Origin: Acidimicrobiaceae bacterium
GTDB lineage: Bacteria > Actinomycetota > Acidimicrobiia > Acidimicrobiales > Ilumatobacteraceae
NCBI GenBank assembly: GCA_031380045.1
Contig: JANNFQ010000670.1
Span: 1-35,734 of the forward strand
Length of the DNA: 35,734 nucleotides
Direction of reading: 5' to 3'
Shown piece by piece: positions 7,691 to 16,290 of the stretch. The translations under genes were made by a program, and so were the position numbers. Below the pieces are notes generated by a model. The model made no database searches. It was given only the letters and a program-made list of their open reading frames with translations, and had not been told where the DNA came from. Each line of letters opens with the position of its first letter. Position 1 is the stretch's first letter.

Positions 7691-8758
7691 ATGCCGGGGC
7701 CTGATGCACACCGCGATGCCGTGCACGCGGCATGGGACGGGTATCACGATCAGCGCACCATCGTCGGTTTGGACGAGGTCAGCGCCAACGTCTCGACCAA
7801 CCGCGTGTACCGGGTGCATCTCGACGACCAGAGCACGCTGGTGTGCAAAGTGTCGTCGTACGGTTCGTACTTCCTGTTCGTCGAGGATCACGAGCGGCTC
7901 AGCCGTTGCGCGTCTCTGCTGGACGACACTCGGTTCGCCGGCATGCTGGCCGACGTCTGGATGACGGACGATCCTGACAACCCCGGTCGGCGCCACATCT
8001 ACACCTGGTACGACCGCACCATGTGGGCCGTGTTCTACGACGATGTCCCCCGCGGCGACGCGCTGCCCCGTGTGCTCACCCGAGATCTCATCGAGAACCT
8101 CGGCCGCGAGATCGCCGAGTTCCATCTGGCGTGCACCGATCTGGCGCCACGCATTCCCGGTGGTTCGAAGACGATCAAGAGCGATGCCATCCATCTGCTG
8201 GACCTGCTGGAGAGTCCGTTCGCCTCGAAGAACTTCGACCTGCCGCCCGAGGCCATCGGCACCCTGTGGCGCCACACGCACGAGTTCCTGGAACGGTTGG
8301 TCCAGCTGGGATACGACGAGTGGGCGAAGATCCCTGTGCTGATCGACTGGAACTTGGGCAACTTCTCGGTGACGCCCACCAGCACCGGCTTCCGCTTGTT
8401 CAGCCGTTGGGACTACGACTGGTTTCGCATCGAGCCGCGCATGCTGGACTTCTACTTCCTCTCCCGTGTCTCTAGCAGTACCGGCGACCGGACGCGATTC
8501 ACCTACGGCGCCCACACGCTGATCGAACCGTCCTTCCTCGGCCTGGTCAGCGCGTACCGGCAGGTGTTCCCGATGACCCGTGACGAACTGAGGTTCCTGC
8601 CAGAGGTGTACCGGTTCTTCATCCTCAACTACGTCGTACGCGAAGGCGCACGATTCTTCCGACCCGATCTGTGCACGGCCTTTCGACGCGACGCCGTGCG
8701 CACCTACCTGCCCAACTTCGATCGGCTCGATTTCTCGCCACTCTTCGATCTGGCCTGA
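7691..8758 (+). CDS. Kinase-fold phosphotransferase (APH/ChoK/CotS-like) family protein
   Basis: 355 aa. Beta3-like Lys (LVCKVS), catalytic-loop-like LIDWNLGNF (D-x4-N) and WDYDWF (a DFG/DxD equivalent). Confidence 0.55.
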   Translation: MPGPDAHRDAVHAAWDGYHDQRTIVGLDEVSANVSTNRVYRVHLDDQSTLVCKVSSYGSYFLFVEDHERLSRCASLLDDTRFAGMLADVWMTDDPDNPGRRHIYTWYDRTMWAVFYDDVPRGDALPRVLTRDLIENLGREIAEFHLACTDLAPRIPGGSKTIKSDAIHLLDLLESPFASKNFDLPPEAIGTLWRHTHEFLERLVQLGYDEWAKIPVLIDWNLGNFSVTPTSTGFRLFSRWDYDWFRIEPRMLDFYFLSRVSSSTGDRTRFTYGAHTLIEPSFLGLVSAYRQVFPMTRDELRFLPEVYRFFILNYVVREGARFFRPDLCTAFRRDAVRTYLPNFDRLDFSPLFDLA

Positions 8759-8784
8759 GCCGCGGCACAGACGGGCGTGCCACG

Positions 8785-9618
8785 ATGCACCACATGGAGT
8801 TCAGCTTGGAGTACACCCAGATTGCGGTCGAGCGGCGCGGCGAAGTCGCGCTGATCACACTGAACCGACCCGATCGGCTGAATGCGTGGACGCCGCGCAT
8901 GGCCGAAGAGCAGGCGCATGCGATCACGGCGGCCAACGACGACCCCGACGTGGGTGCCATCGTGATGACCGGTGCCGGACGCGGCTTTTGCGCCGGCGCC
9001 GACATGGAGGCCACGTTCAAGTCGCGCATCGATGGTGTGGACCCCGGCAACGACACCGCCGGTGGTCGAGGTGGAATGCCGGCCGGGCTCGACTGGGTGG
9101 CGCTCGTTCGGGCCAGCAAGCCACTGGTGTGTGCGGTGAACGGCGCGGCAGTCGGCATCGGAGTGACCATGTGCCTGCCAGCCGATCAGATCATCACCTC
9201 GTCGGCGGCCAAGTTCGGCATGGGCTTCATCAAGATGGGCCTGGTGCCCGAGCTGGCCAGCACACGCTTGTTGGCAGCGCGGGTCGGCATCGGTCGGGCC
9301 AGCGATCTGTGCCTGTCGGGCCGCATCATCAGCGGCACCGACGCCCACGCCATCGGTCTGGCCGATCAGCTGGCCGAGCCAGATGCACTGCTCGACACAG
9401 CCCTCGCGGTTGCCGCCAGCTATGCGGCCAACCCCGATCTGCAACTGCGCATGACCAAGCAACTGTTGACCGACAACGTGGTCGAGACCGACCTGGCAGT
9501 CGTACAGCATCGTGAGCACCAGATGCTGGCCGCGTGCTGGGCATCGGCCGAACACGCCGAAGCAGTCACCGCGTTCCTCGACAAGCGCGCCCCGGTGTTC
9601 CGCAGGTCGACGCGATGA
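8785..9618 (+). CDS. Enoyl-CoA hydratase/isomerase (crotonase) family protein
   Basis: ITLNRPDRLNAW, GAGRGFCAGADM and C-terminal EAVTAFLDKRAP. I chose the ATG at 8785 because earlier in-frame codons overlap the previous gene. Confidence 0.85.
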   Translation: MHHMEFSLEYTQIAVERRGEVALITLNRPDRLNAWTPRMAEEQAHAITAANDDPDVGAIVMTGAGRGFCAGADMEATFKSRIDGVDPGNDTAGGRGGMPAGLDWVALVRASKPLVCAVNGAAVGIGVTMCLPADQIITSSAAKFGMGFIKMGLVPELASTRLLAARVGIGRASDLCLSGRIISGTDAHAIGLADQLAEPDALLDTALAVAASYAANPDLQLRMTKQLLTDNVVETDLAVVQHREHQMLAACWASAEHAEAVTAFLDKRAPVFRRSTR

Positions 9619-10553
9619 GGCCGATGAGCGCCGAGAGCCCGGCGAGCGACTCCGATCCCGAGCGCACCGACCACCGACCGGCCTCGGCGACCGTCGATGT
9701 GTGTGTGGTGGGCAGTGCGAACCTGGATCTGGTGGCGTCGGCCCGCGTGCTGCCCGCACCCGGCGAGACCGTGCTGGGGCATCACTACGCCGAGCACCCC
9801 GGCGGCAAGGGGCTGAACCAGGCCGTCGCCGCCGTGCGCTCGGGTGCCCGCACTGCGTTCGTTGCTGCAGTGGGCGACGACAGCGCGGCGGAGGTGCTGC
9901 TGGCCGTGATGCACGCAGCAGGCATCGACACCACACACGTCGCGCAACGCACAGGAGTCGCCACCGGTCGTGCGTTGATCGGCGTGGCCGACGGTGGCGA
10001 GAACTCGATCATCGTCGTGCCTGGTGCCAATGCGACTGTCACTGCCGAGCAACTGCCGAAGAGTCGCGTGGTCCTCGCACAACTCGAGGTGCCGTTGGTC
10101 ACCATTCAGGACGCGTTCCGTCAGGCGCGCTCGCACGGAGCAATCACGGTGCTGAACCCCGCTCCGGCGCAGCTACTCAGCCGCGAGATGTTGGCGCTGT
10201 GCGACGTGGTGGTGCCAAACGATCACGAGGCCGAACTATTGGGCGGCGTGCAGTCGCTGCTGGAACTCGGAGCGAGCGCTGTGGTCGTGACTCGAGGCGC
10301 CGAAGGGGCCACCTTGACCACCCGCGACGGCTCGACCCATATCGCGCCATTCGCCGTCGAGGCCCACGACACCACGGCGGCCGGCGACACGTTCTGCGGG
10401 GCGTTGTGCGCTCGACTGGCGGCAGGCGATCGGTTGCCGGTCGCGCTGCGTTTCGCATCGGCGGCTGCGGCCATCAGCACCACACGCGCCGGTGCAGTGC
10501 CGTCGATCCCCCACGCCGATCAGGTCTTGGCCTTCATCGACGCCGCAGGGTGA
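9615..10553 (+). CDS. rbsK: Ribokinase (PfkB family)
   Basis: VVGSANLDL, GGKGLNQA and DTTAAGDTFCGAL. The ATG at 9615 overlaps the crotonase stop (ATGA). Confidence 0.85.
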   Translation: MRPMSAESPASDSDPERTDHRPASATVDVCVVGSANLDLVASARVLPAPGETVLGHHYAEHPGGKGLNQAVAAVRSGARTAFVAAVGDDSAAEVLLAVMHAAGIDTTHVAQRTGVATGRALIGVADGGENSIIVVPGANATVTAEQLPKSRVVLAQLEVPLVTIQDAFRQARSHGAITVLNPAPAQLLSREMLALCDVVVPNDHEAELLGGVQSLLELGASAVVVTRGAEGATLTTRDGSTHIAPFAVEAHDTTAAGDTFCGALCARLAAGDRLPVALRFASAAAAISTTRAGAVPSIPHADQVLAFIDAAG

Positions 10554-11400
10554 TTGCAACCCAACCGTTCAGTTCGTCCACGCCGGCCACCCGCAACGGG
10601 ACCAGCGACGCAACGACATGGTCGAACCGATCGACCAGCAAGCCACTGATGATCAGCACGCCCGCGTCAGCCAGCACGCGCACCAGATCGGACGCCAACT
10701 CGATGAGCGTGGGCGCCAAGATGTTGGCGACCACGATGTCGTAGACGTTGCCGCTCTGGGCGATGTCGGCAAGCGATGCGTTCGACACGGTCACCATCGA
10801 AGCCACACCGTTCGCTTGCGCATTCGCTGTGGTGATCGCCACCGCAGCCGGCGAGATGTCGATGCCGTTTGCCGACTGCGCACCCATCAGGGCGGCCGCC
10901 ACCGCGAGGACCCCCGAGCCGCACCCGACATCCAGCACCGACGGCTGCGCAACAACGGCCGAGCCTTCGTCGCGCAACAGCCGGCGCAACGCGCGCAGCG
11001 ACAGGACGGTAGTGGGATGATCGCCGGCGCCGAACGTTGACCCGGGTTCGATCGAGACAGCGATCACGACGGATCCATCGGATGACCGATTCGGCAACTG
11101 AGCGGGCAACCAGGCCGGCACCACCACCAGATCGTCGTGGACCCACGTTGGTTGCGCGTGCATGCGCCACGAGTCGGCGACCGTCTCGTCGATCTCGACA
11201 AAGGTCCAACTGCATCCGGCCACCAACGTTCCGGCCAATGCTGCCTCGACGGATGCGACATCGTCGCCCAGCGAGGTCCACAACTCGATCCGTCCGTCGG
11301 TACCGGTGCGTTCCTCGACGGCCACCACGCCAAGCGACCACAGCGCATCGGCGGCGATCTCGGCGTCGACTGCATCGACGCTCACAACCAGGGCCAGCAT
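10534..11400 (-). CDS. prmA: Ribosomal protein L11 methyltransferase
   Basis: The internal ATG at 11400 (MLALVVSVDAVDAEIAADALW...) overlaps the upstream stop by 1 nt (TGATG). FGAGDHPTT and the SAM motif LDVGCGSGVLAVAA are present. Confidence 0.82.
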   Translation of the reverse strand: MLALVVSVDAVDAEIAADALWSLGVVAVEERTGTDGRIELWTSLGDDVASVEAALAGTLVAGCSWTFVEIDETVADSWRMHAQPTWVHDDLVVVPAWLPAQLPNRSSDGSVVIAVSIEPGSTFGAGDHPTTVLSLRALRRLLRDEGSAVVAQPSVLDVGCGSGVLAVAAALMGAQSANGIDISPAAVAITTANAQANGVASMVTVSNASLADIAQSGNVYDIVVANILAPTLIELASDLVRVLADAGVLIISGLLVDRFDHVVASLVPLRVAGVDELNGWVAITLRRR

Positions 11401-11918
11401 CAGCCAACGCGGCGCAGTGTCTCGCGGTACCGGCGTGTCTTGCTGAGGTAGCTCTGCACTCCCGAATCGATGTCGGCCACCCGCGCCCGTCCCGGCTTGA
11501 TGACCGCAGGAACCCCGGCGGCAATGGCGCCCGACGGCACCTCGGTGTCGTTGAGGACCACGGCGTTGGCAGCGATGATTGCTCCGGTGCGGACGATGAC
11601 GCGATGCAGCACGATGGAACCGTTGCCGACCAGAACGCCAGATTCGATGGTGCATCCCTCCAGATGCACGATGTGTCCGACCACACAATCGTCGCCGACC
11701 ACGGTGGGGTGCATGAGCGTGGTGTGCAGGACGCAGTTGTCCTGGATGGACGTGCGCGCCCCGATCGTGATGTAGCCGTCGTCGCCACGCAACACGGCAC
11801 CGGGCCAGATGGAGCTGTCGGCCCCGATGGTGACCTGGCCGATGATGACTGCATCAGGATGCACGAAGGCGTCGGGGTGGATCGAGGGCTCATGATCGCC
11901 GAGGGCATAGACAGGCAC
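11400..11918 (-). CDS. Gamma-carbonic-anhydrase-like / hexapeptide-repeat (LbH) protein
   Basis: GTG at 11918 (VPVYALGDHEPSIHPDAFVHPDAVIIGQVTIG...), a typical YrdA/PaaY-like N-terminus followed by hexapeptide repeats. Confidence 0.8.
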   Translation of the reverse strand: MPVYALGDHEPSIHPDAFVHPDAVIIGQVTIGADSSIWPGAVLRGDDGYITIGARTSIQDNCVLHTTLMHPTVVGDDCVVGHIVHLEGCTIESGVLVGNGSIVLHRVIVRTGAIIAANAVVLNDTEVPSGAIAAGVPAVIKPGRARVADIDSGVQSYLSKTRRYRETLRRVG

Positions 11919-11924
11919 CTCGCC

Positions 11925-11930
11925 ACGGTA
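11925..11930 (-). promoter_or_regulatory. Candidate -10 (TACCGT) 6 nt upstream of the GTG at 11918
   Basis: Minus-strand reading of acggta. Leaderless spacing. Confidence 0.3.
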
Positions 11931-11985
11931 CCGCTCGGTCGGCAGCAGCCGGAATGCGATCGTGCAGAACACACCCCTTGCCGGA

Positions 11986-11991
11986 TACCGT
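11986..11991 (+). promoter_or_regulatory. Candidate -10 (TACCGT) 8 nt upstream of the ATG at 12000
   Basis: The same hexamer as the divergent partner promoter. Confidence 0.3.
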
Positions 11992-11999
11992 GGTGACCC

Positions 12000-13865
12000 A
12001 TGTCCCGACGGATCGACATCGAACTCACCAGCGCGCGAACGGACGGCTCGTTCACGTGGCGCGCCGCTGGTGCCCGCGAACCGAAGGGTGTCGTCGCAGC
12101 TGCACTGCTGCCCGGCGGGTCCACCGTGGGCACGGTCCTGCGCGCCGATGCCGAGTTCGAGCTCGAGGGCATCACCATCTTGTCGGTCACCGACCCCAAG
12201 GGCCGCGGCGCAAAGTCGGGCCTGTTGGAGCTCATGCCCAGCAACACACCGTTCGAAGCCGTGACGCAGCAACTCGCCCGGCGTGGGGGCGGCGACCGTC
12301 CCGATCGCGGTGATCGCCCACGCGGCGACCGGCCACGCGGCGACCGTCCCGGTGGTGATCGCCCACGCGGCGACCGCCCGCGTGGCGACCGTCCCGGCGG
12401 CGATCGTCCGTCCGGCGACCGTCCCAGTGGTGATCGTCGTCCGTCGGGTGATCGTCCTGGCGGCGATCGTCGCCCGCCTCGCGACGGCGCGGCCGGCGAG
12501 CGTGGCGGTCCTCGGCCCGAGCGTCGTGGCCGTCCCAACTTCACGCCACCGCCCGAACTGCCGCAGCGCCCCAAGGCCAAACGGCTCAAGCCTGGCCGTA
12601 CACACCGCAACGCCGTCCTGGCCGAGTTGCCCGAGGAGCAGCGCACCGTCGCCGAGCGCGCCCTGCAGGGCGGTATCCCCGCCGTCCGTCAGGCCGTGGT
12701 CGAGCAGAACACCCGGCTCAAGGCTGAAGGCAAGGAAGAGATCCCTGCCAGCGGTCTGGTTGCCATGGCCGAGCAGTTGCTGCCGAAGCTGCGAGTGGCC
12801 GAATGGCTCGACCGTGCCGATGCGGCCAAGGCCGATGTCGAAGAGCTTGATCTGCGCGACCTGCGCAGTGTGGTGGCAGCCGGCGACGACCCCATGGTCG
12901 CCCGCGACGAGTCGACCAGGGCGCTGGCCGAAGAGCTCAAGCATGCGCTGGCCGCCAAGCAAGAGAAAGAGCTCACGCTGTGGTTCGGTGACATCGATGC
13001 GGCCATCAAGGTCGGCCGTATCATCCGCGCCCTGAAGCTGTCGTCGCAGCCGCCCAAGGCGGGCGTTCGCTTCCCCACCGAGCTGGCCAAACAACTGGCC
13101 GACGCCGCCACGGCCTCATTGGTGCCCGACGCCATGAACGATCGTTGGGCGGCAGTGCTGGAAGCAGCGGCCTTCTCGCCGATCCGCGCCCAGGTGGTGC
13201 CCACAGCGGCCCCGCCCACAGTCAGCGACGAGCTGCGGGCCACCGTCACCCGGTTGGCGTCGCTGCTGCCGCAGATCGCCGCGCTGTTCGGCGTCGAGCC
13301 CAAGCAAGGCGGTGCGTCACCGAAGCCGTTGCGTCCCACCAAGCCCGTCGCCAAGACGACCAAGGCCGCCCCAAAGCCGCCCCCGCCACCCAAGGCCAAG
13401 CCGGCCGAGACGGCCAAGCCGGCCGAGCCCGAGTCAGCCGAGCCTGCTGCACCAGCCGAGCCTGCCGCCGAGACCGAGTCAGCAGCGTCCGAGGCCGAGC
13501 CGCAGACCCCTGTCGAGCAGATCGACGATGCTCCGGTCGAGGACTCGAACGATGCCCCGGCGACGAGCCCCGACGTCGCCCCGGTCGAGGACTCGAACGA
13601 TGCCGCGGCGACGAGCCCCGACGTCGCCCCGGTCGAGGATTCGCGCGATCAGGCTGCGGGCGAATTGGCGGCCGAGCCCGACGCCACGTTAACTGCCGCG
13701 ATCGACGAGCCCACGAAGGCCGAGATCGTGGCGTCCATCGAGACCGAGGCGGTCGCCGTGGTCGACGAAGCAATGGCACCCGCCGACGAGGCACTGGCAC
13801 CATCCGATGATTCACCGGCCGACGACACGCCACCAGAAGCCGTGGCCCAGGCCGACGAGGCATGA
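12000..13865 (+). CDS. Hypothetical 621-aa protein: small N-terminal domain, GDRPR pentapeptide repeats, helical core and an acidic Pro/Ala/Glu tail with 16-aa repeats
   Basis: Long ORF in a consistent frame. The central segment looks non-low-complexity and conserved (LPEEQRTVAERALQGGIPAVRQAVVEQN...). I do not recognise the family. Confidence 0.7.
   Translation: MSRRIDIELTSARTDGSFTWRAAGAREPKGVVAAALLPGGSTVGTVLRADAEFELEGITILSVTDPKGRGAKSGLLELMPSNTPFEAVTQQLARRGGGDRPDRGDRPRGDRPRGDRPGGDRPRGDRPRGDRPGGDRPSGDRPSGDRRPSGDRPGGDRRPPRDGAAGERGGPRPERRGRPNFTPPPELPQRPKAKRLKPGRTHRNAVLAELPEEQRTVAERALQGGIPAVRQAVVEQNTRLKAEGKEEIPASGLVAMAEQLLPKLRVAEWLDRADAAKADVEELDLRDLRSVVAAGDDPMVARDESTRALAEELKHALAAKQEKELTLWFGDIDAAIKVGRIIRALKLSSQPPKAGVRFPTELAKQLADAATASLVPDAMNDRWAAVLEAAAFSPIRAQVVPTAAPPTVSDELRATVTRLASLLPQIAALFGVEPKQGGASPKPLRPTKPVAKTTKAAPKPPPPPKAKPAETAKPAEPESAEPAAPAEPAAETESAASEAEPQTPVEQIDDAPVEDSNDAPATSPDVAPVEDSNDAAATSPDVAPVEDSRDQAAGELAAEPDATLTAAIDEPTKAEIVASIETEAVAVVDEAMAPADEALAPSDDSPADDTPPEAVAQADEA
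12291..12479 (+). repeat. About 11-12 imperfect 15-nt (some 18-nt) in-frame tandem repeats encoding GDRP[RGS]
   Basis: Translation reads GDRPDRGDRPRGDRPRGDRPGGDRPRGDRPRGDRPGGDRPSGDRPSGDRRPSGDRPGGDRRPP. Confidence 0.9.
13533..13649 (+). repeat. 48-nt tandem repeat, 2 full copies with 1 mismatch plus a partial third copy
   Basis: ccggtcgaggactcgaacgatgcc[c/g]cggcgacgagccccgacgtcgcc at 13533-13580 and 13581-13628. It encodes PVEDSNDA[PA]ATSPDVA. Confidence 0.9.
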
Positions 13866-13908
13866 ACACGCTCGACTGACCGGTTCGTTGGCCCGCATGG
13901 GTCAGACC

Positions 13909-13914
13909 TACCAT
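13909..13914 (+). promoter_or_regulatory. Candidate -10 (TACCAT) 8 nt upstream of the ATG at 13923
   Basis: TANNNT hexamer at leaderless spacing. Confidence 0.25.
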
Positions 13915-13922
13915 CGGCCGCC

Positions 13923-14708
13923 ATGTCAGACATCGTGCAGTACCGGGTTCAGGGTCGCATCGGCATCATCACGCTGAACCGTCCCGAGGCCCGCAACGCG
14001 GTGAACGCCGATGTGGCCAACGGCGTCGAGGCGGCCATCGATCAGCTCGAATCCGACCCCGACGTTCGTGTCGGCATCTTGACCGCCAACACTGCCGGTC
14101 AAGAGCGACCGGTGTTCTGCGCCGGAGCCGATCTGAAAGCGCTGAACTCAGGCACCGGGGGCGGTCTGGGCACCAGGCGCGGCGGCTTCGGCGGTTTCGT
14201 CTATCGCGAGCGCAACAAGCCGGTGATCGTCGCAGTCGATGGCTTGGCCACCGCGGGTGGCTGCGAGTTGGTGTTGGCCGCCGATCTGGTCGTGGCAACC
14301 ACCCGATCGTCGTTCGGCCTGGCCGAGGTGAAACGCAATCTGATAGCGGCCGCGGGCGGCATGTTCCGGCTGCCTCGGGCCATCGGCCAGGCGGCAGCGA
14401 TGGAGGCGATCCTGACGGGCGAACCAATACCTGCGCAGCGCGCCTACGAACTGGGTTTGATCAGCCGCCTGACCGAACCTGATCAGCTGATGGCCGAGGC
14501 AACCGCACTGGCCGACAAGATCTGCGCAGCGGCGCCGATGGCCGTGCAAGCCAGCCGCAAGGTGGTGCTGGCTGCGGCGTATCAGAGCGACGAGCACCTG
14601 AAGGCGCTGACCAACGAATTGATGGCCGGCATCATGGCCTCGGACGACATCAAAGAAGGCCTGACGGCATTCATCGAGAAGCGGGCCCCCAACTGGACAG
14701 GCCACTGA
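13923..14708 (+). CDS. Enoyl-CoA hydratase (crotonase) family protein
   Basis: ITLNRPEARNAV, FCAGADLK, GLATAGGCELVLAADL and EGLTAFIEKRAPNW. Confidence 0.88.
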   Translation: MSDIVQYRVQGRIGIITLNRPEARNAVNADVANGVEAAIDQLESDPDVRVGILTANTAGQERPVFCAGADLKALNSGTGGGLGTRRGGFGGFVYRERNKPVIVAVDGLATAGGCELVLAADLVVATTRSSFGLAEVKRNLIAAAGGMFRLPRAIGQAAAMEAILTGEPIPAQRAYELGLISRLTEPDQLMAEATALADKICAAAPMAVQASRKVVLAAAYQSDEHLKALTNELMAGIMASDDIKEGLTAFIEKRAPNWTGH

Positions 14709-14733
14709 CCAACCTGCCGGCCAAACCAGTCAG

Positions 14734-14762
14734 CCAAAACCGGTTCAACCAAAACCGGTTCA
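14734..14762. terminator. Tandem CCAAAACCGGTTCA x2; the two AACCGGTT palindromes can form an 8-bp hairpin. Possible bidirectional terminator
   Basis: Copies at 14734-14747 and 14749-14762. AACCGGTT lies at 14738-14745 and 14753-14760 with a 7-nt loop between. The site sits between convergent stops at 14708 and 14773. Confidence 0.3.
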
Positions 14763-14772
14763 GACAAAGAGG

Positions 14773-15225
14773 TCAGGACGTCAGGCGCTTCGAGACGATG
14801 ATCTTGCGCGCAGTGACACCGGCGCGCTCGTACAGGTTCTTCGTGTCTCGGTCGCCCGGCAATGCGAACGACTCGACCACCGCGCCGCCCAGTTCTTTGA
14901 TGGCGTGGATGGCGGCTTCCAGCATGTAGTCGCCAAAACCCAGCTCGCGGGCCTCGGGGTGCACGTACACCTGCTGCACAACGCCGGTACCTGCGGAGGG
15001 CGGCGTGATCAGCTCGAGATAACCCACGACGACCTCGTCGATGGTCGAGACCCACACGCGGCGGTCGGCGGCGCCGATGACCGCGGTCCAGTCGTGAACA
15101 GCGGGCTGTTCGGCCAGCAACGCATTGCCACCCCTGGTGTCGACCAGCGCTGCGCGCGCTTCGGCTTCGAGCTGACCGATCGCGGCAGCATCACCAGCTC
15201 GGGCCGCCCGGACGTCGAAGCTCAT
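14773..15225 (-). CDS. GNAT family N-acetyltransferase
   Basis: 150 aa. Acetyl-CoA-binding-like QQVYVHPEARELGFGDYMLEAAI. The start overlaps the upstream stop (ATGA). Confidence 0.82.
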   Translation of the reverse strand: MSFDVRAARAGDAAAIGQLEAEARAALVDTRGGNALLAEQPAVHDWTAVIGAADRRVWVSTIDEVVVGYLELITPPSAGTGVVQQVYVHPEARELGFGDYMLEAAIHAIKELGGAVVESFALPGDRDTKNLYERAGVTARKIIVSKRLTS

Positions 15226-15767
15226 GACGATCGTGCGTCCTGCAGCTGGGCGATCTTGGCCAGCACGGTGCGCCGAGCGCGGTGCGTCTGTTCGAACTGG
15301 CGGATCTGCTGGATTTCGTCGTCACGCAACGACGCGAGTCGCTGGACCACGTGAATGGCGGCCAGGCTCTCGTAGTCGCCGATGGGCAGCGACCGCGCAT
15401 CCGGTGTTGCAACGCTGTTCGTGGCGATCGCAACCCTCTGATCTGCGACTGCACCGATCGTCGCAGGGACTGCGGCCTGTGCGTCGATCACTGCTTCGAC
15501 AGCGGCCTCGGCGACCGATGTTGCGACCGAGACACCTGCTACTTCGTCGGATTCTCGACGCTGACGCACATCCCGCTCGATCTCGGCCCAACCGTGGCGC
15601 ACCACGTACTGGCCCACGAACTTCGCCAGCTGCACCCGGTTCAACACGGCCTGCCGGCGCTGGCGGAACTGCCGTGGCAGTCGATCGCGAACGGTCAGCG
15701 CCAGACCGATGGGGGCATACACGGCCACGTCCAGCACTGACTCGACGGGGTCGCGTTGACCAGTCAC
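15222..15767 (-). CDS. Conserved-looking hypothetical protein with a C-terminal helix-extended-helix-like motif
   Basis: I chose the GTG at 15767, 23 nt after the DUF4193 stop. The longer track ORF would overlap that gene. The C-terminus reads LPIGDYESLAAIHVVQRLASLRDDEIQQIRQFEQTHRARRTVLAKI. Confidence 0.55.
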   Translation of the reverse strand: MTGQRDPVESVLDVAVYAPIGLALTVRDRLPRQFRQRRQAVLNRVQLAKFVGQYVVRHGWAEIERDVRQRRESDEVAGVSVATSVAEAAVEAVIDAQAAVPATIGAVADQRVAIATNSVATPDARSLPIGDYESLAAIHVVQRLASLRDDEIQQIRQFEQTHRARRTVLAKIAQLQDARSS

Positions 15768-15789
15768 GGGCGTTCGGCGATCGGACGCG

Positions 15790-16290
15790 TCACTTCGAGA
15801 AGATCGGACAGTCGTCGGCATCCACCGGACACATGGGAGCGGTTTGACGCACCAGCAGGAAGCAGCTGGGGCACAGTTGCTCGTCGGCACGCTTGGGCTG
15901 CAGGCGATCGGCCGCCTCACCCCGCTCTTCTGGCTCTTCCTCATCCTCGTTGGTCTCGTCCTCGACGGCGACCAGCCGGTCTTTCAGGATGGTATCGAGG
16001 TCGGCTTCGACGTCGTCGGGGGCGAGCATGTCGTCGTCCTCGTCCTCGTCCTCAGCGACCGCCACCGACTTGCGGGTCGGGCCGGTGCTGGCGGCGTCGT
16101 CATCGTCGGCATCGTCGGCGAACTCGTCGTCGTCGGCGAATTCGTCGTCGGTATCGACCAGGACATCGTCGTCGAGATCAGCCTCTTCCAGATCGTCGGC
16201 CTCGAGATCGGGCTCGGCGAGATCGTCGGCTTCGAGGTCGGGATCGACGTCGTCCTCCGGCTCCATGATCTCGTCGTCATCGTCAGCCAT
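15790..16290 (-). CDS. DUF4193-like protein (acidic N-terminus, C-terminal four-Cys motif)
   Basis: D/E-rich N-terminal two thirds, then EQLCPSCFLLVRQTAPMCPVDADDCPIF. I prefer the ATG at 16290 because AGAAGGG lies 8 nt upstream. Confidence 0.75.
   Translation of the reverse strand: MADDDDEIMEPEDDVDPDLEADDLAEPDLEADDLEEADLDDDVLVDTDDEFADDDEFADDADDDDAASTGPTRKSVAVAEDEDEDDDMLAPDDVEADLDTILKDRLVAVEDETNEDEEEPEERGEAADRLQPKRADEQLCPSCFLLVRQTAPMCPVDADDCPIFSK

Noticed and set aside
12291-12479. Regular short repeats considered as a possible CRISPR array or mobile-element terminus
   Set aside because: The units are 15 nt, directly abutting with no spacers, and in-frame within a long ORF. No cas, transposase or integrase genes are present anywhere in the window.
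10667-12646. 659-aa minus-strand ORF with GRSPRGRSP repeats
   Set aside because: It is the reverse-complement image of the GDRPR repeat array and of the prmA/gamma-CA region in the wrong frame. The real genes explain the sequence.
13866-13922. CTGACC...GGTCAG inverted repeat after the 621-aa gene considered as a terminator
   Set aside because: It has only a 6-bp stem with an 18-nt loop, which is too weak to support.
14773-15767. GNAT with an ATGA-overlapping upstream gene considered as a GNAT/RHH-type toxin-antitoxin pair
   Set aside because: The upstream protein is about 181 aa with no RHH- or DUF1778-like N-terminus and looks like a conserved housekeeping-type protein downstream of DUF4193. 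The GNAT looks like a generic acetyltransferase. There is no positive evidence for a toxin-antitoxin pair.
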